NCBI GenBank assembly: GCA_025786725.1
Contig: JAHLTZ010000010.1
Span: forward strand, 1 to 64,000
DNA: 64,000 nt
Reading direction: 5' to 3'
Source of the DNA: Syncephalis fuscata S228
Lineage: Eukaryota > Fungi > Zoopagomycota
The notes below the pieces were generated by a model. The model did no database searches and was not told the origin of the DNA. It saw only the letters and a program-made list of their open reading frames with translations. The translations under genes and the position numbers were made by a program. The stretch's first letter is position 1; each line of letters begins with the position of its first letter. Positions 52,252-64,000 of this stretch are shown one piece after another.

Positions 52252-53215
52252 ATGACTACTGAAGTTGCTTTTCTCGAGGTAAATAGACTAATAAATAGAC
52301 TAATAAATGGCTTTAATAAATGGCTTTAATAATAATAAACAATATCTATTAACTAATGCGATGGTACTAACGTAACAACCATATAGGAATTCTACAGTTT
52401 ACTAGCACCCCGTGCCAAAGTGGACCGTCCATGGCAGATACGCACCTCTCCGCATTTGCTATCTGTGGTAAATATAGATTGACTGAAAACAAAACCTGTT
52501 ACTTACCAAACAACAACCAGTATGAACTACCCAGTAGTGGAGATACAAACGCCAAAGGTGTGGATGCCAGGTCGGCAACGGGTACAACAGAAGGTAAGTA
52601 CTATCCAGATACTATAGTATATTTAGCAATATGAAACGAATACAGTTACTGCTTTGCTCGTTTATTATATTACAATGACTAATATGGCTAACACAAACAG
52701 ACGCCAAGAAATCAATTGAGGTATGCGTGAAACTGTTAAAACCACCCGCGGCCCATCGAATGCTCCTTGAACCAGAGGATACGGTAACATCGATTTTAGA
52801 CAAGCTTGTAAGCCGTGGTGTGGCCCCAGAAAAGTCGGCCATTCGACTAATTCTTAAAGGCAAAGTGCTCATATCATCTCGGACCATTCGCGACTGTGGT
52901 ATAACCAATGGTGCAGTAATTCATGCAACAGTTAAATCGGCACCTACTGAACAACAACAACCACAGCCATCATCGTCATCAATTTCGGAATCAGATCAAA
53001 TTGATAAGAATTGTTTGAGCGAGAATAATGATCATTCGATACCGTCGATTGGTGCTAGTACGACCTTAGTTGCATCTACGCTTAACGCCGAGGATTTCTG
53101 GATTTCACTCGCAGCATATTTGCGTGGTCAGTTCTCTAGTGAAGCGGAGACCCTTACTGCACTACAACTGTTTCGTGATGCCTGGCGTTCGGCAAACGCT
53201 CGAACAAACGAATAG
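52252..53215 (+). CDS. GET5: Get5/Mdy2-like ubiquitin-like protein
   Basis: N-terminal EVAFLEEFLQLL, a UBL domain (TVTSILDKL...IRLILKGKVL...TIRDCGI) and a C-terminal Get5-like dimerisation helix FWISLAAYL...FRDAW. Confidence 0.72.
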
Positions 53216-53905
53216 CATGATAGATCGAATAAAAATGCACGTTTATGTATGATGTATACTTGTATGTGCCTATTTTACTATATATATATATGTATGTATG
53301 TGTGTGTGTGTTCCTATCAGTGTGTGTATTTGTGTGTGTATTTGTGTGTGTGTGGATGTGGTTTGGACTGAGACCGGAATCCAGCCTAAATAAAAATCTA
53401 TAGAATATTCTAAATAGAATACAATGTTCTTTCTATTCACATTCTATCCTATACACACGCACCTTGGAAAACTCTACCCGTTACTTCTTTATATGTATGA
53501 GCGCCCAAGCATTGTAGCGCACACACACACATCTACCGCTATATTTACTTATTGTTGTTGCATACGCTTTTTTCTTTGAATTGGAACTGATTGACTTGTT
53601 TTATCCTTTCATTACTGCGAATATTGGCGCATTTCATTTCTTCACTGTAAACAACCAGTACTTTGCCAGTTTTCTTTCTAATAGCAAGCACAATAGCAGT
53701 AGACACTTTTACTACTACTATTACTACTACTACTACCACGATAACAATAAGAGCAAACGCAATAGTACGTTATTCTTTTCATAGCAGTACTTTTCACTTG
53801 TCTCTACTCTTTTTTATTTGACTTGTTTCTGTTGTCGGCCACTAGTCCATGCTGTGCACTGGTCTTTACACACCTTATTCCTTTTAACAATCTACTGTTT
53901 CTCTC

Positions 53906-55624
53906 ATGCAACACGATCTGACGTCTACCAATAGTCACTATAGTACGATTGGTGCTGAAAGTATTATAACTATGGACAAGCGCTTTAGTCTTGATTTGTC
54001 GGCGTCGTCGCTTTTGTCGTTACCACTTCAATCGAGACTTTCACCTGGAACGAACAATGGCACACAGTAACATCACCGACCACAGCAACAACAGCAACAA
54101 CAATAACAGGTCTTGAACAACACATCAATATTGGCCATGGTGGACATCAACGCTCACATAGCTTTTCTGCATCTCCTTCGCCGTCACTATCGGCACCTTC
54201 TTCTTCATCGCGTTCTCCATCTCCGTCAAGTCCCACTGGAACAAACAAGAATGGAAATAGTCCAACATTTGTGCACAAATTACACACGTAAGTAGCATGT
54301 AGGCATATATCCAGCGAATATACACCTACATAATTGCTATATATAATATATAATATATACTAATATTTTATTTTATTTCTTATTAATAGCATGGTAACTG
54401 ATAAAAAGCACCAGCATCTTATTTCATGGAATTTCTCGGGTACATCATTTGTTGTTAATAATATTACCGAGTTTGCACGCAGTGTATTACCAGAACATTT
54501 TAAGCATAGTAATTTCTCAAGTTTTGTTCGACAACTTAATATGTAAGTTTTGATACAGATGGTGGTTAATTAATCATCGCCTAGTTGCTATAGTAGTAAT
54601 AGCACGTGTCTGCCTAGACAGTGAATTTAAAATGACGAAATAGATTGCTAATTCCCGTTCTATTAGGTATGGGTTTCACAAAGTAAACAAATCTCCACGC
54701 GGCCACCGCACCACCGCAGAAAGCCAAGTCTGGGAATTTTCCCATTCCAAATTTATTCGTGGCCAACCCGAACTGCTAGATGACATTAAGCGGAAATCGT
54801 TGGAATCGGAGTCTCTTCGCAGGGAAACCGGCGATTTACAATCACAAGTAGCAGTCATGCAAGTAACGCAATCGGATATGATACAACAAATATCGCATTT
54901 ACAAGAAAATTTTACCGAAGTAGTACGTGAATTGGCGGAGACGAAACGACGTCAAAGTGTACAGCAGCATTTATTGAAATCAGTTTTGGATTATTTACAA
55001 AGTCAAAATACACCACGTAAGTAATAATAGATGAGTAATATTGATGTTGTTAATATTTATTAATTGGTTTACTATTGGATTAACATATTTGCTTGTTATT
55101 TATTTACTAATACAGTTTTTCCCGCCGGTTTTGATCTTGACAAAATGGAGGCAAAGACTGAACCGGAACGACCATCGATTTACATTACAAATGCAGATGC
55201 TGCACATTCGAACTTTTTCGGACAACACGCAGCACACGGGCATAACGCACGCGTTCTTACTGTGCAGACAACACATCTTGACAATGGGGCAGCCGTAGCC
55301 GCAGCCGCAGCAGCCTCGGGCAATCTATCCGCTGCTGCATCGCCGACCTACCGTGAGGCATCACCTATCATTACACAACAGCAGTTCCAGGCACAGTCGT
55401 ATCTCAATGCCCATGCTAATGCGGCTATGCAAGCATCGCTAGCCAGTGGCCAATTGGCGGCTTATAATCAAGCTATTGGTACGCCATTACCGCCATCGCC
55501 CGTACCTAGCTCACCTATGGGCGCACCGCTATCGGACGATGATAGCCGCCGACAAACCACTATATTATATCCTGCTTCACCAGGCATCCATCCTGATATG
55601 GCAAGTCCTTTTTACCAAATGTAA
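53906..55624 (+). CDS. HSF-family DNA-binding transcription factor, 4 exons
   Basis: PTFVHKL|MV.D...LISW...SFVV...[30 protein letters not shown]...WEFSHSKF, then a coiled coil. Apparent indel near 54065. Start uncertain. Confidence 0.9.
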
Positions 55625-56037
55625 TTCGTGTATCTTTTCTGTTGCCAATTTTAACTCTGGGATTTATTAATAACTCGTTTATAAAATGATAATTATACCA
55701 ATAAATATTAACATGATTAACATTGTTATAATTATTATTGATGTTATTGCTATTAAAAGCATTAAAAGTGTAATAAACACGATTAATATTACAATTAGCA
55801 TATTACAATTATATGCGGAATAACAATTAGCTACTAATGAAAGAAATAGGCAAAATTCCTTTTCTTCCCACGGCCTGTGCCTTACTTGTCTCCTTCTTAT
55901 GTGGTGATGATCCCCACTTATAATCCACCACCTCATTTTTATTATTGTTACTACACGAACTGTGTCGTCTTTAGTTGCTTTTACACCTTTTTACTCTTGG
56001 TTTTACTGACGTGTCGGTTACATTAAAGCAACGAACT

Positions 56038-57742
56038 ATGCGTGTTCCATTAAATATGCTATTATCGCGTACTACGCGCATTACTACGACTGCAAATAAA
56101 TGTAGACACGTATTGCGTTATTCTAAGCCGCTTTCTATTGTACCGTCGTCCAGTCTATCCGGTCTATCCAGTCGGTCTTATTTAACAGCACGTCGACCAA
56201 TAAGCTTGACAGTGTCGAATGTTCGGCATTTTCATGCTACGCCACTGATGAATAAAGCATACCTACTGGCTGATATCGGAGAAGGTATTACAGAGTGTGA
56301 GATAATTCAATGGTAAGCTGTAGCTATTCCTGATAATAATGTGTTATTACTAACTTTCTATGTTAATATAAACTGCACTGTGTTGTATTAAAGGTTTGTT
56401 AAACCAGGTTCAGTAATTGCGCAATTCGACAAAATATGTGAAGTTCAATCGGATAAAGCCACCGTTGAGATTACGTCACGTTATGACGGTACAGTAAAAA
56501 CGCTACACTATAAGGTTGGAGAGATGGCACAAGTGGGCCAGCCATTAATTGAAATCACCACCAGCGATGAAGATGCGGATACAAGTAGTGCTGCTACTCC
56601 CACGCCGACCGCACCTGAGACGACGCCGTCAAGTAAGAGTGAGTTGGCGGCACAGCCAGCAGTATCGAGTAGTGCAGCCGGTACTGGTACCGCTTCACAG
56701 GCTCATTTAGCAACACCGGCTGTACGTCGAGTAGCCCGCGAAAATAGCATTGATTTAGCCACTGTTCAAGGCACTGGTAAAGGAGGTCGAGTGCTTAAAG
56801 AAGATGTACTTCGACATATGTCTGGAGAAAAGCCAATTGCAACATCTACGACAGCTACACCATCGAGTAAGTATTATTTATTAATATACTATAGTACAAC
56901 TATTAATGACACGATTAATATTATTAGCACCAATAGCGCCACAAAGATCAGTTCCTATTACTACACCAATGATGAAACAAGTAGCAGGCAATGCAGCTCA
57001 ATCATTAACACCTATACAACGATCAATGTTTAAAGCAATGTCACGTTCATTGCAAATTCCACACTTTGGTTATTCAGATGAAATATCAATGGAAGCGTGT
57101 AACGAGTTACGTACAAGTATTAATCGAGAATTGGCTCTAAAGACCACTGGCTCTGAACTGCAAAGGATATCGTATATGCCAATTCTTATTAAAGCACTTT
57201 CAACAGCTCTACGCGACTATCCCATTCTTAATGCCTGTATTATCGATGGACACGATCCAGCTCAGGCCAAGATACAGTATCGTGAAGCGCATAACGTTGG
57301 CATTGCCATGGATACACCGGCCGGTCTTGTAGTTCCGAATATTAAACGAGTACAGGATAAATCGATCTTGGAGATTGCTGCCGAACTAAAACGGCTACAA
57401 GAAGCCGGTCAAAAGAATGGCCTACAGCCCAGTGACTTTGCCGATGGTACAATTTCTTTCTCGAATATTGGAGTCATTGGTGGCACGTATCTATCACCAG
57501 TGCTTGTATCGAGTGAAGTGTGTATTGGTGCTATTGGCAAGATCCAACGTCTACCACGCTTCAAATCAATTGTCGATCCAGTGACAGGTGAAGTGACGGA
57601 ACGAGTCATTGCCCAACATATTATGAATATCAGTTGGTCGGCAGATCATCGAGTTATTGATGGAGCGACAGTTGCTCGTTTCAGTGAAACTTGGCGAAGT
57701 CTTGTTGAAAATCCATCGATGTTTTTGGCGAATATGAAATAA
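56038..57742 (+). CDS. DBT: Branched-chain alpha-keto acid dehydrogenase E2 (dihydrolipoyl transacylase)
   Basis: [16 protein letters not shown]|FVKPG...[17 protein letters not shown] (lipoyl domain), LATPAVRR...[21 protein letters not shown] and [10 protein letters not shown]. Confidence 0.95.
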
Positions 57743-57879
57743 ATAAGCCCGTTGAAAGGTGTTTATATTAATTTAGGGGAAAGTGTTCAAATGGCGTGTT
57801 GTTAATTAACTATTTTATTTTATTAATATTATTCTTTATTGTGCATCTTTTACACTTTTCCTTTACTATTCATAACAAG

Positions 57880-58679
57880 ATGCGTACCGACGAAGATTTC
57901 TACGTCCGTTATTAGTAAGTTACTAATATCAACTATAATTGAATTCATCTACTGATGAATGATCAATACACTATATAGTACTGGTCATACGGGAAAGCAT
58001 GGCCATGAATTTCTTGAATTTGAATTTCGTGGTGATGGTCGTTGCCGTTATGCCAACAACTCCAACTATCGTAATGAATCGTTGATCCGCAAGGAAGGTT
58101 AGTTGGCATATAAGATCGCTTATTGTATTTACTGAATAAACGATTAGTTACGGTTAGCCCATTGATGATCAAGGAATTAAAGCGTATTATCAAAGAGAGC
58201 GAGATTCTAAAGTAAGTAACTGTAGTAGTATTACGTATAAATAACCATATCATTAATACAATATTTACTGTCAATGCAATAATCTATAGGGAAGATGATA
58301 AGTTTGGCCACGTAAGAATGTTGTTGGTCGACAAGAATTAGAAATTCGCTTTGGTAATGAGCATATTTCATTTGAAGTAAGTTATACGCGTATTAATAGC
58401 AATACTGTATATAGTAGACATCAATATATATATATATATATATACTAATGCGATTTACTTTGTAATATAGACGGCAAAGATCGGTGCATTGGCCGATGTA
58501 CAAGACAGTAAAGATCCAGAAGGTCTTCGTGTTTTCTACTATCTAGTTCAAGATTTGAAATGTTTAGTATTTTCATTAATCTCGCTTCATTTCAAGGTAG
58601 GTTATTGATATATATATACATAATATATGATGTAGTGTAATAATACTAACATGAATTTATTTAGATTAAACCCATTTAA
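57880..58679 (+). CDS. MAGOH: Mago nashi (exon junction complex), 6 exons
   Basis: [23 protein letters not shown]...[10 protein letters not shown]...GRQELEI...[32 protein letters not shown]. Not in the ORF track. Confidence 0.95.
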
Positions 58680-59068
58680 AATGACCTTTAATAAATAAGA
58701 ATGCTACTATTAATATTGTAAATGTATTTATTCTATCTTTGTATATACAATATGAATTACGTCACAATTCTATAGAAAATAGTCATACAAATCATAGACT
58801 GATAAACGAATATAAATGATGTGGGTGATCAAATGACCACGATAGTGTGATCACACACACACACACACACACATCCACATATCCACATATTATATCTATC
58901 TATTTATTACGACAGATATTGCTGTCGTCATCTTCTTCTTACTATTCATCTCTAGGATCTTCGTTTTCTTTGATTCTTTCATTCTTTAACCGCAACAACC
59001 AGGCCTATTTCTAAAAGGCTTTATATTTTTTGTCCAGTGTATCTGTTTTACTAGTTGAGGTGTTTAAA

Positions 59069-60172
59069 ATGTCGAGTTCTCATCCTCTCAATGATTCGGA
59101 AGTAGATGCGGAAATGGATAAGCTGGCAAGTATTGCTATTGTTGTTTATGAGCTATTTAATAACCGCCTACTTGTCTATTATGCTTATAGATTGGTTTCA
59201 TTAAGAAAGATGCCAAGGATAAGGCTCAGGAAATTAAGGACAAGGTAAGCTGACGAGACTTCAGTAGCTTTGTATTAATAATAGTGATAGGCCGATGAAG
59301 AATTCCAAATTAGTATGGTAAATAAATCCATGTAGTAGTTCACATTTAGTGATACTAATCATTAATGGTTTATAGGCCAAAATTGTGATGCAAGAATCAT
59401 TGCAAATCGATGCTACGGCCCAGCGAAAGATGAAACAGGCTGAAGTACAAAAGAAAATGTAAGTAAATCGATGGTGAATTATAGTAAATAATAATGACCA
59501 TACTATGTTTAAATAAAATACACAGTGCCCAGTCTACATTGATCAATAAGGCACGTTTACAAACACTGGCTGAACGCGAGAATCTACTCAATGAACTATT
59601 TGAGTCAGTTCGTAACGAGTTGAGACTTATTCCTACTGGCAATGAAGCATCCTATCGCACACTAGTGAAAGATCTACTTTTACAGGTAGGTTATAGTAGC
59701 TTAATTGACTATTTAATATACTTATATAAAAATAGAGCTTTTTCCAATTGATGGAAAAGGAAATCAGTGTTACTTGCCGCGAGGAAGATGTTAGCCTGGT
59801 TGAAGCAGCTATGAGCGAGGCCAAACAAGAATACGAGAATACGGCGCGTCAAATCATCGAGCCGGTCATTGATCACGACAACTATTTGCCCAAAACAAGG
59901 TAAGCCAATGGAATTTATGGTAAACACCACTGATAACAATATAATTGATAATAGTGCGGGTGGGTCATTGTGTCTGCATTAGATGGCCGTATTAAATGTT
60001 CTAATACACTTGAAAGTCGATTGGATTTGTTATCTGAGCAGGTAATTACTAATATGATATTGCTATTATTGTGGAACTATCATTTTAAACTGTATTTATA
60101 TTTATTTAGATGTTGCCCGATATTCGTATTCTATTATTTGGTCCATCTCCTTCACGTCGATTCTACAACTAG
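59069..60172 (+). CDS. VMA4: V-ATPase V1 subunit E, multi-exon
   Basis: LNDSEVDAEMDKL|IGFIKKDAKDKAQEIKDK|ADEEF...STLINKARL...GRIKCSNTLESRL...MLPDIRILLFGPSPSRRFYN*. The first intron is GC-AG (59126-59190). Confidence 0.94.
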
Positions 60173-60332
60173 GTGCGCTACTCATTCTGTTGCTATGGGG
60201 CATTGGCTAGTTTCTTTACAAAGAACCGAGATCATTTATGCTGTGATGCCATTTGATGATCCATGGACATTGATGGTGACTTTTGCTATTAAATGATGAT
60301 GTTGAGTTTATTTAAAATGAATAAATTCTCGT

Positions 60333-63300
60333 TCATATCTCCGATTCAGATGGCCTTTTATTGAAGTAGACATTGATGTCCGATTTTGTTTGTTGATTCG
60401 ATGAACGTACAAAACGTATCTTGGCACATATATGTTGTAGTAAATCTTTGGCCTAATTTTAATGAAGAATAAGCAAATAACGAATGCACTGTAGATTAAG
60501 TTGAAAGTTACCTTGCTTCTATCCATAGACATCGAAGGATGCTCCACTAATAATAGGATGAGTATAAGATGTGTTTAATAATAGCAATATACGATAATTA
60601 CCTATACTGCCGTGTAAATGGTTTAATCGCTGTACAAGAGCTATCATTGTCGTCTAAAGGAAGCATTGTGTATACTATTAGACATGGAGGGTATATTAGA
60701 TGACAGCTTACTTGATCGGTATCTCTAATTGCTTTATGATCTAATACATAGTCGATTAACTTTAATTTCAATCCAACATGGCTGAAATCATCATTATCTA
60801 ATGACGATACTGCTGATGATGACACGTTAATTAAGCGTTGATCAATAGCGGTGACGATATCAGTAACAGGCATTATCTATGGATACAATGAATGAATATA
60901 TATATATTGTAAACCAAATAACTTACTTGAACAGTTGTAGCGAATAGCGTGGTGTCATCAGCTGCTTGTGCCAATTGTTTAGACAAAAAGTAGCCGGCTA
61001 AATGGCTCTGAAACGAGCAAGTTTTGATGGAGCAATTGGAAAGTTACTTAGGAAATTAAGTAGCATGGGTGACCATTCATGTAGAGTAACGAGTTCATCG
61101 AGTAGTACTTGTACCTATATTGATAATAATGATTTAATACTACTATGAGCCGAGTATATAGGCTTACCTCCTTATCATTGCCATTTTCATACAATATATT
61201 AAATAGTTCTATCATACAGCTGTGAATAATGGGTTGTAAATGAACGACGCGAGCATCAAGGGCAATGCGAAGTAGCAGTGAAAAATGATATCGAATTACT
61301 GTAGATGCTCTAATAATCAATATTAGTCGCTATACTAATATACACGATATATACGTATATATACATATATATAGTACTTACTGATGGCGTAATAGAGTGG
61401 GAAATGCTCTTAATAAATAGATAATACCCGGTGGTAATGAATCTATATATTAAGTATATATGAGTATGTTATAATAGCATAGTTGTAATAATTACCCGTT
61501 GACTTGTTACGAGTTAAATTTCTGTAGTAAGTCTAAATTCTTTTTGTAAATAAGATTGAGGTGCACCATTAATTGATAATATATTTTGTATAATATCATT
61601 AGGCATCCAATTGATCGATTCCTATCATATATATATATATATATATAAGTAATTGTTTATATTTGATTTATCATTTTCCTACATAATGAACGCTTATTTG
61701 TCGGAATAATGTCCAAGCATTAAAGGCCAAATGGGCATTTGAATGGCAACACACTAATAAATAAAATAGATATTTAATTTATAGTACAGTTATTTATACA
61801 ATACTATCCACTTACTTGTATATAAAAGCCATGGTAATAACTTTTCAGGTAATACATGGCCGGCCATTGTTAACTGTTCCAATAGATTCTCCATTATAAC
61901 TTTTTCTAATTGGTCTATTATAGTTATATTATTTTTAGATATTATGCTATATATCTAAATGGCTAACCTTTATCAGTTAAGGCAAGGTCAAAATCCAATG
62001 ATAGTAATTCAATTGCATATTCTGTCTCGATTCGATATGCTTTATCATCTAGCTGTAATAAAATTAGTACAAATAGAAAGTATCATACAAGAGGAATGTG
62101 TTATACTAAGGCTTACATTATTGCATTGATAAAAAAGGCAAATAACCAATCTTGTGCCATATTATTATCTTTTTCAATTAACTAAACAAACAAATTGGAT
62201 TAAATTAATTAATTAATAACATAATATAATACCTTAGCCACTCGAGGATCTCTCATTGTTGTTTTCAGTTCAGTATCTTCTTCTTCACTAAGAATTGAAG
62301 TACCATCCTGTTGAGAAGACATTAAATCATCTGCAAGATCTTCTTTACGTATTTTGGACCGGGATTGTTTATCGTCTAGCAAACGGCTAAGTGAGAAATC
62401 ATAACTTGTAGTCTCACTACTATCTGAATCGGATAAGTTCATTCTGATTTTATAGGATTTGGCTTTTGTTGACGCAGTCTTTGTGGCCTTGTTGGACTAT
62501 TGTATCAATATTATATTAGTATCAATATTATATTAATATTAATATATAAATTATAATGGTTATGATAAACTTACCTATTAGGCGGTGATTGATTTGACGT
62601 TGACATCGTTGTTATTTTAGTAGGTGTAGCTTTTGGAGTTACTCTTAGAAATTCTAATCCATCATCTGACTCTTCATCACTACTTAATTCCTATTAATCA
62701 TTAATCATTAATTATTAGTACATCTACTGGTATTTGATCATTTAATCACATTAATAGCTTACCAAAGGAATTGAACTATCTATTTGATCTTCATCTCTCT
62801 CAAGATCAATTAATATAACATTACGTCGACTGGGGTGGTTGGTGTCTATTAATTGTTAATACACTATACTAATTACATACTACAACTTACTTTAGTTGGA
62901 TCTGACATCATCGGGCTATTACTTGTCTCTTCTGACATATTCATTTGATATTCAACTGAATGTATATTGGTAGTAGATATATCTTGTATAAATGTTAAAT
63001 TGGTATATAGCTGTTTATCTACTGTTACCTACCATCATCCACTGTCCAATCAATACGCGACCGTTTTGTGGCTACATCTGGACTACAACGCGATATTCAT
63101 TATTAATAGCGATATTAGTATTAAATACATATCTATTTACCTGCTTTCAGCACTGGGTCGCTTAAAAAAGTCTGTAATACGAGCAGGCCTACTTATTATT
63201 AATAAACCATTAATAATAATATTATCGACATTGATATTTACTAACTACTTACTTGATCTCACCACCAGGCCGCTTGAAATAGTCTGTAATACGAGTGGCC

Positions 63301-63389
63301 CTATTCATATACACGGCAATAGTTATCAAGTGGTGGTTCGCTTGCTTTACTCGTCTATCCTACCTTGACGGTGTATTTCTTGGATTCAT
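60333..63389 (-). CDS. Highly spliced gene, probably SLF2/Nse6-like (SMC5/6 loader)
   Basis: Many short GT-AG exons. N-terminal RITD[YF]FKR motifs, SIM-like VILIDLE, FSLSRLLDDK, LLPWL and C-terminal DRSKAKDLLQHICAKI resemble my recollection of SLF2 (IIDFFK; DRTKVKDLV). The assignment is unverified. Confidence 0.55.
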
Positions 63390-63551
63390 AGATGAACTTG
63401 ACAAGAGACAGTTCAATACTAGTGACCATAAAGAAAGGAAAATAGAGGTGAACACTTTCTTTCAAATTCACCACGGTTACAACTACAGTTGTTGCTACTG
63501 CAATCTCTTTTACTTCTTTGTTTATTACACGGCTCTCATCTTGAATATATT

Positions 63552-64000
63552 ATGGCGGAGTCTTCTGCTAATGTGGCTGAAGAGCAGCCACAGCAACTTT
63601 CATTGCGCGTAATGCGCTTGTCAAAGCCGTCGTTGGCCGGGTCATCGACCATCGTGGAGCCAGGAGAACGGCTCGGAGAAGCGCTACGTCAACTAGACCT
63701 TGAAGACCCCAACACGCCAGCACTTCCTGATCCCGATGAACTGCTTATGTTGCCAGCGGCATTTGGCAGCATCTATTTAGGCGAAGTATTCTCGGGCTAT
63801 CTGTGCGTAAGTAACGATAGCGCAACGATGGAGGCACGCGAGGTAGCCATCAAGCCGAATTGCAAACCTCGTCACAGCGAATTGCACTCGTTGACACAAG
63901 TAGCGAGCCTATTAAAGTGCTGGCCGCATCACAGACAAGTGAACATGTCGTGGTGCATGAAATTAAAGAACTAGGCATTCATATTCTTGTATGTTCTGTG
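63552..64000 (+). CDS. TRAPPC13: TRAPP complex subunit TRAPPC13, 3' partial
   Basis: LSLRVMRLSKPSL, LMLPAAFGSIYLGEVF and, after an apparent 1-nt deletion near 63853, ELQTSSQR...HEIKELGIHILVCSV. Confidence 0.9.

Noticed and set aside
53396-53430. Heat-shock-element-like GAAnnTTC upstream of the HSF-family gene (possible autoregulation)
   Set aside because: Only two correctly phased nGAAn units, which is common by chance in AT-rich DNA.
2320-63860. Frameshifts in many conserved genes (SEC10, HEM1, SKT5, sestrin, PAP2, IML1, MRP7, HSF, mago, VMA4, TRAPPC13), considered as pseudogenisation, programmed frameshifting or insertional editing
   Set aside because: Those I traced are mostly single missing bases in short homopolymers, within otherwise intact essential genes. 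This fits long-read consensus error. Short-read polishing or cDNA would settle it.

Overview
AT-rich, intron-rich eukaryotic DNA from a fungus, most likely an early-diverging lineage. A Zoopagomycota/Syncephalis-like origin is inferred from the gene content and the short ~50-65 nt introns. About 20 protein-coding genes are supported: SEC10 (5' partial), a DHA2 MFS transporter, SERP1/RAMP4, an intronless ORF with a PP1-docking motif, a divergent pair of Prx5/Ahp1 peroxiredoxins, CMR1/WDR76, HEM1, SKT5/CHS4, sestrin, a PAP2 lipid phosphatase, an intronless F-box-like gene, IML1/DEPDC5, bL27m, GET5, an HSF-family factor, BCKDH E2, mago nashi, VMA4, an SLF2/Nse6-like gene and TRAPPC13 (3' partial). 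The most striking feature is an intact 5S rRNA gene joined head-to-tail, 6 nt apart, to a tRNA-Ile(AAT) gene. The only Pol III terminator lies after the tRNA, so this looks like a 5S->tRNA dicistron, the reverse order of the known Yarrowia tRNA->5S units. The window also holds two dispersed repeat families, including a 265-bp inverted-repeat foldback bracketed by a 447-bp duplication of the PAP2 5' end. Many conserved genes carry single-base frameshifts that look like assembly indel errors. Protein identifications come from motif recognition by eye; no searches were run.
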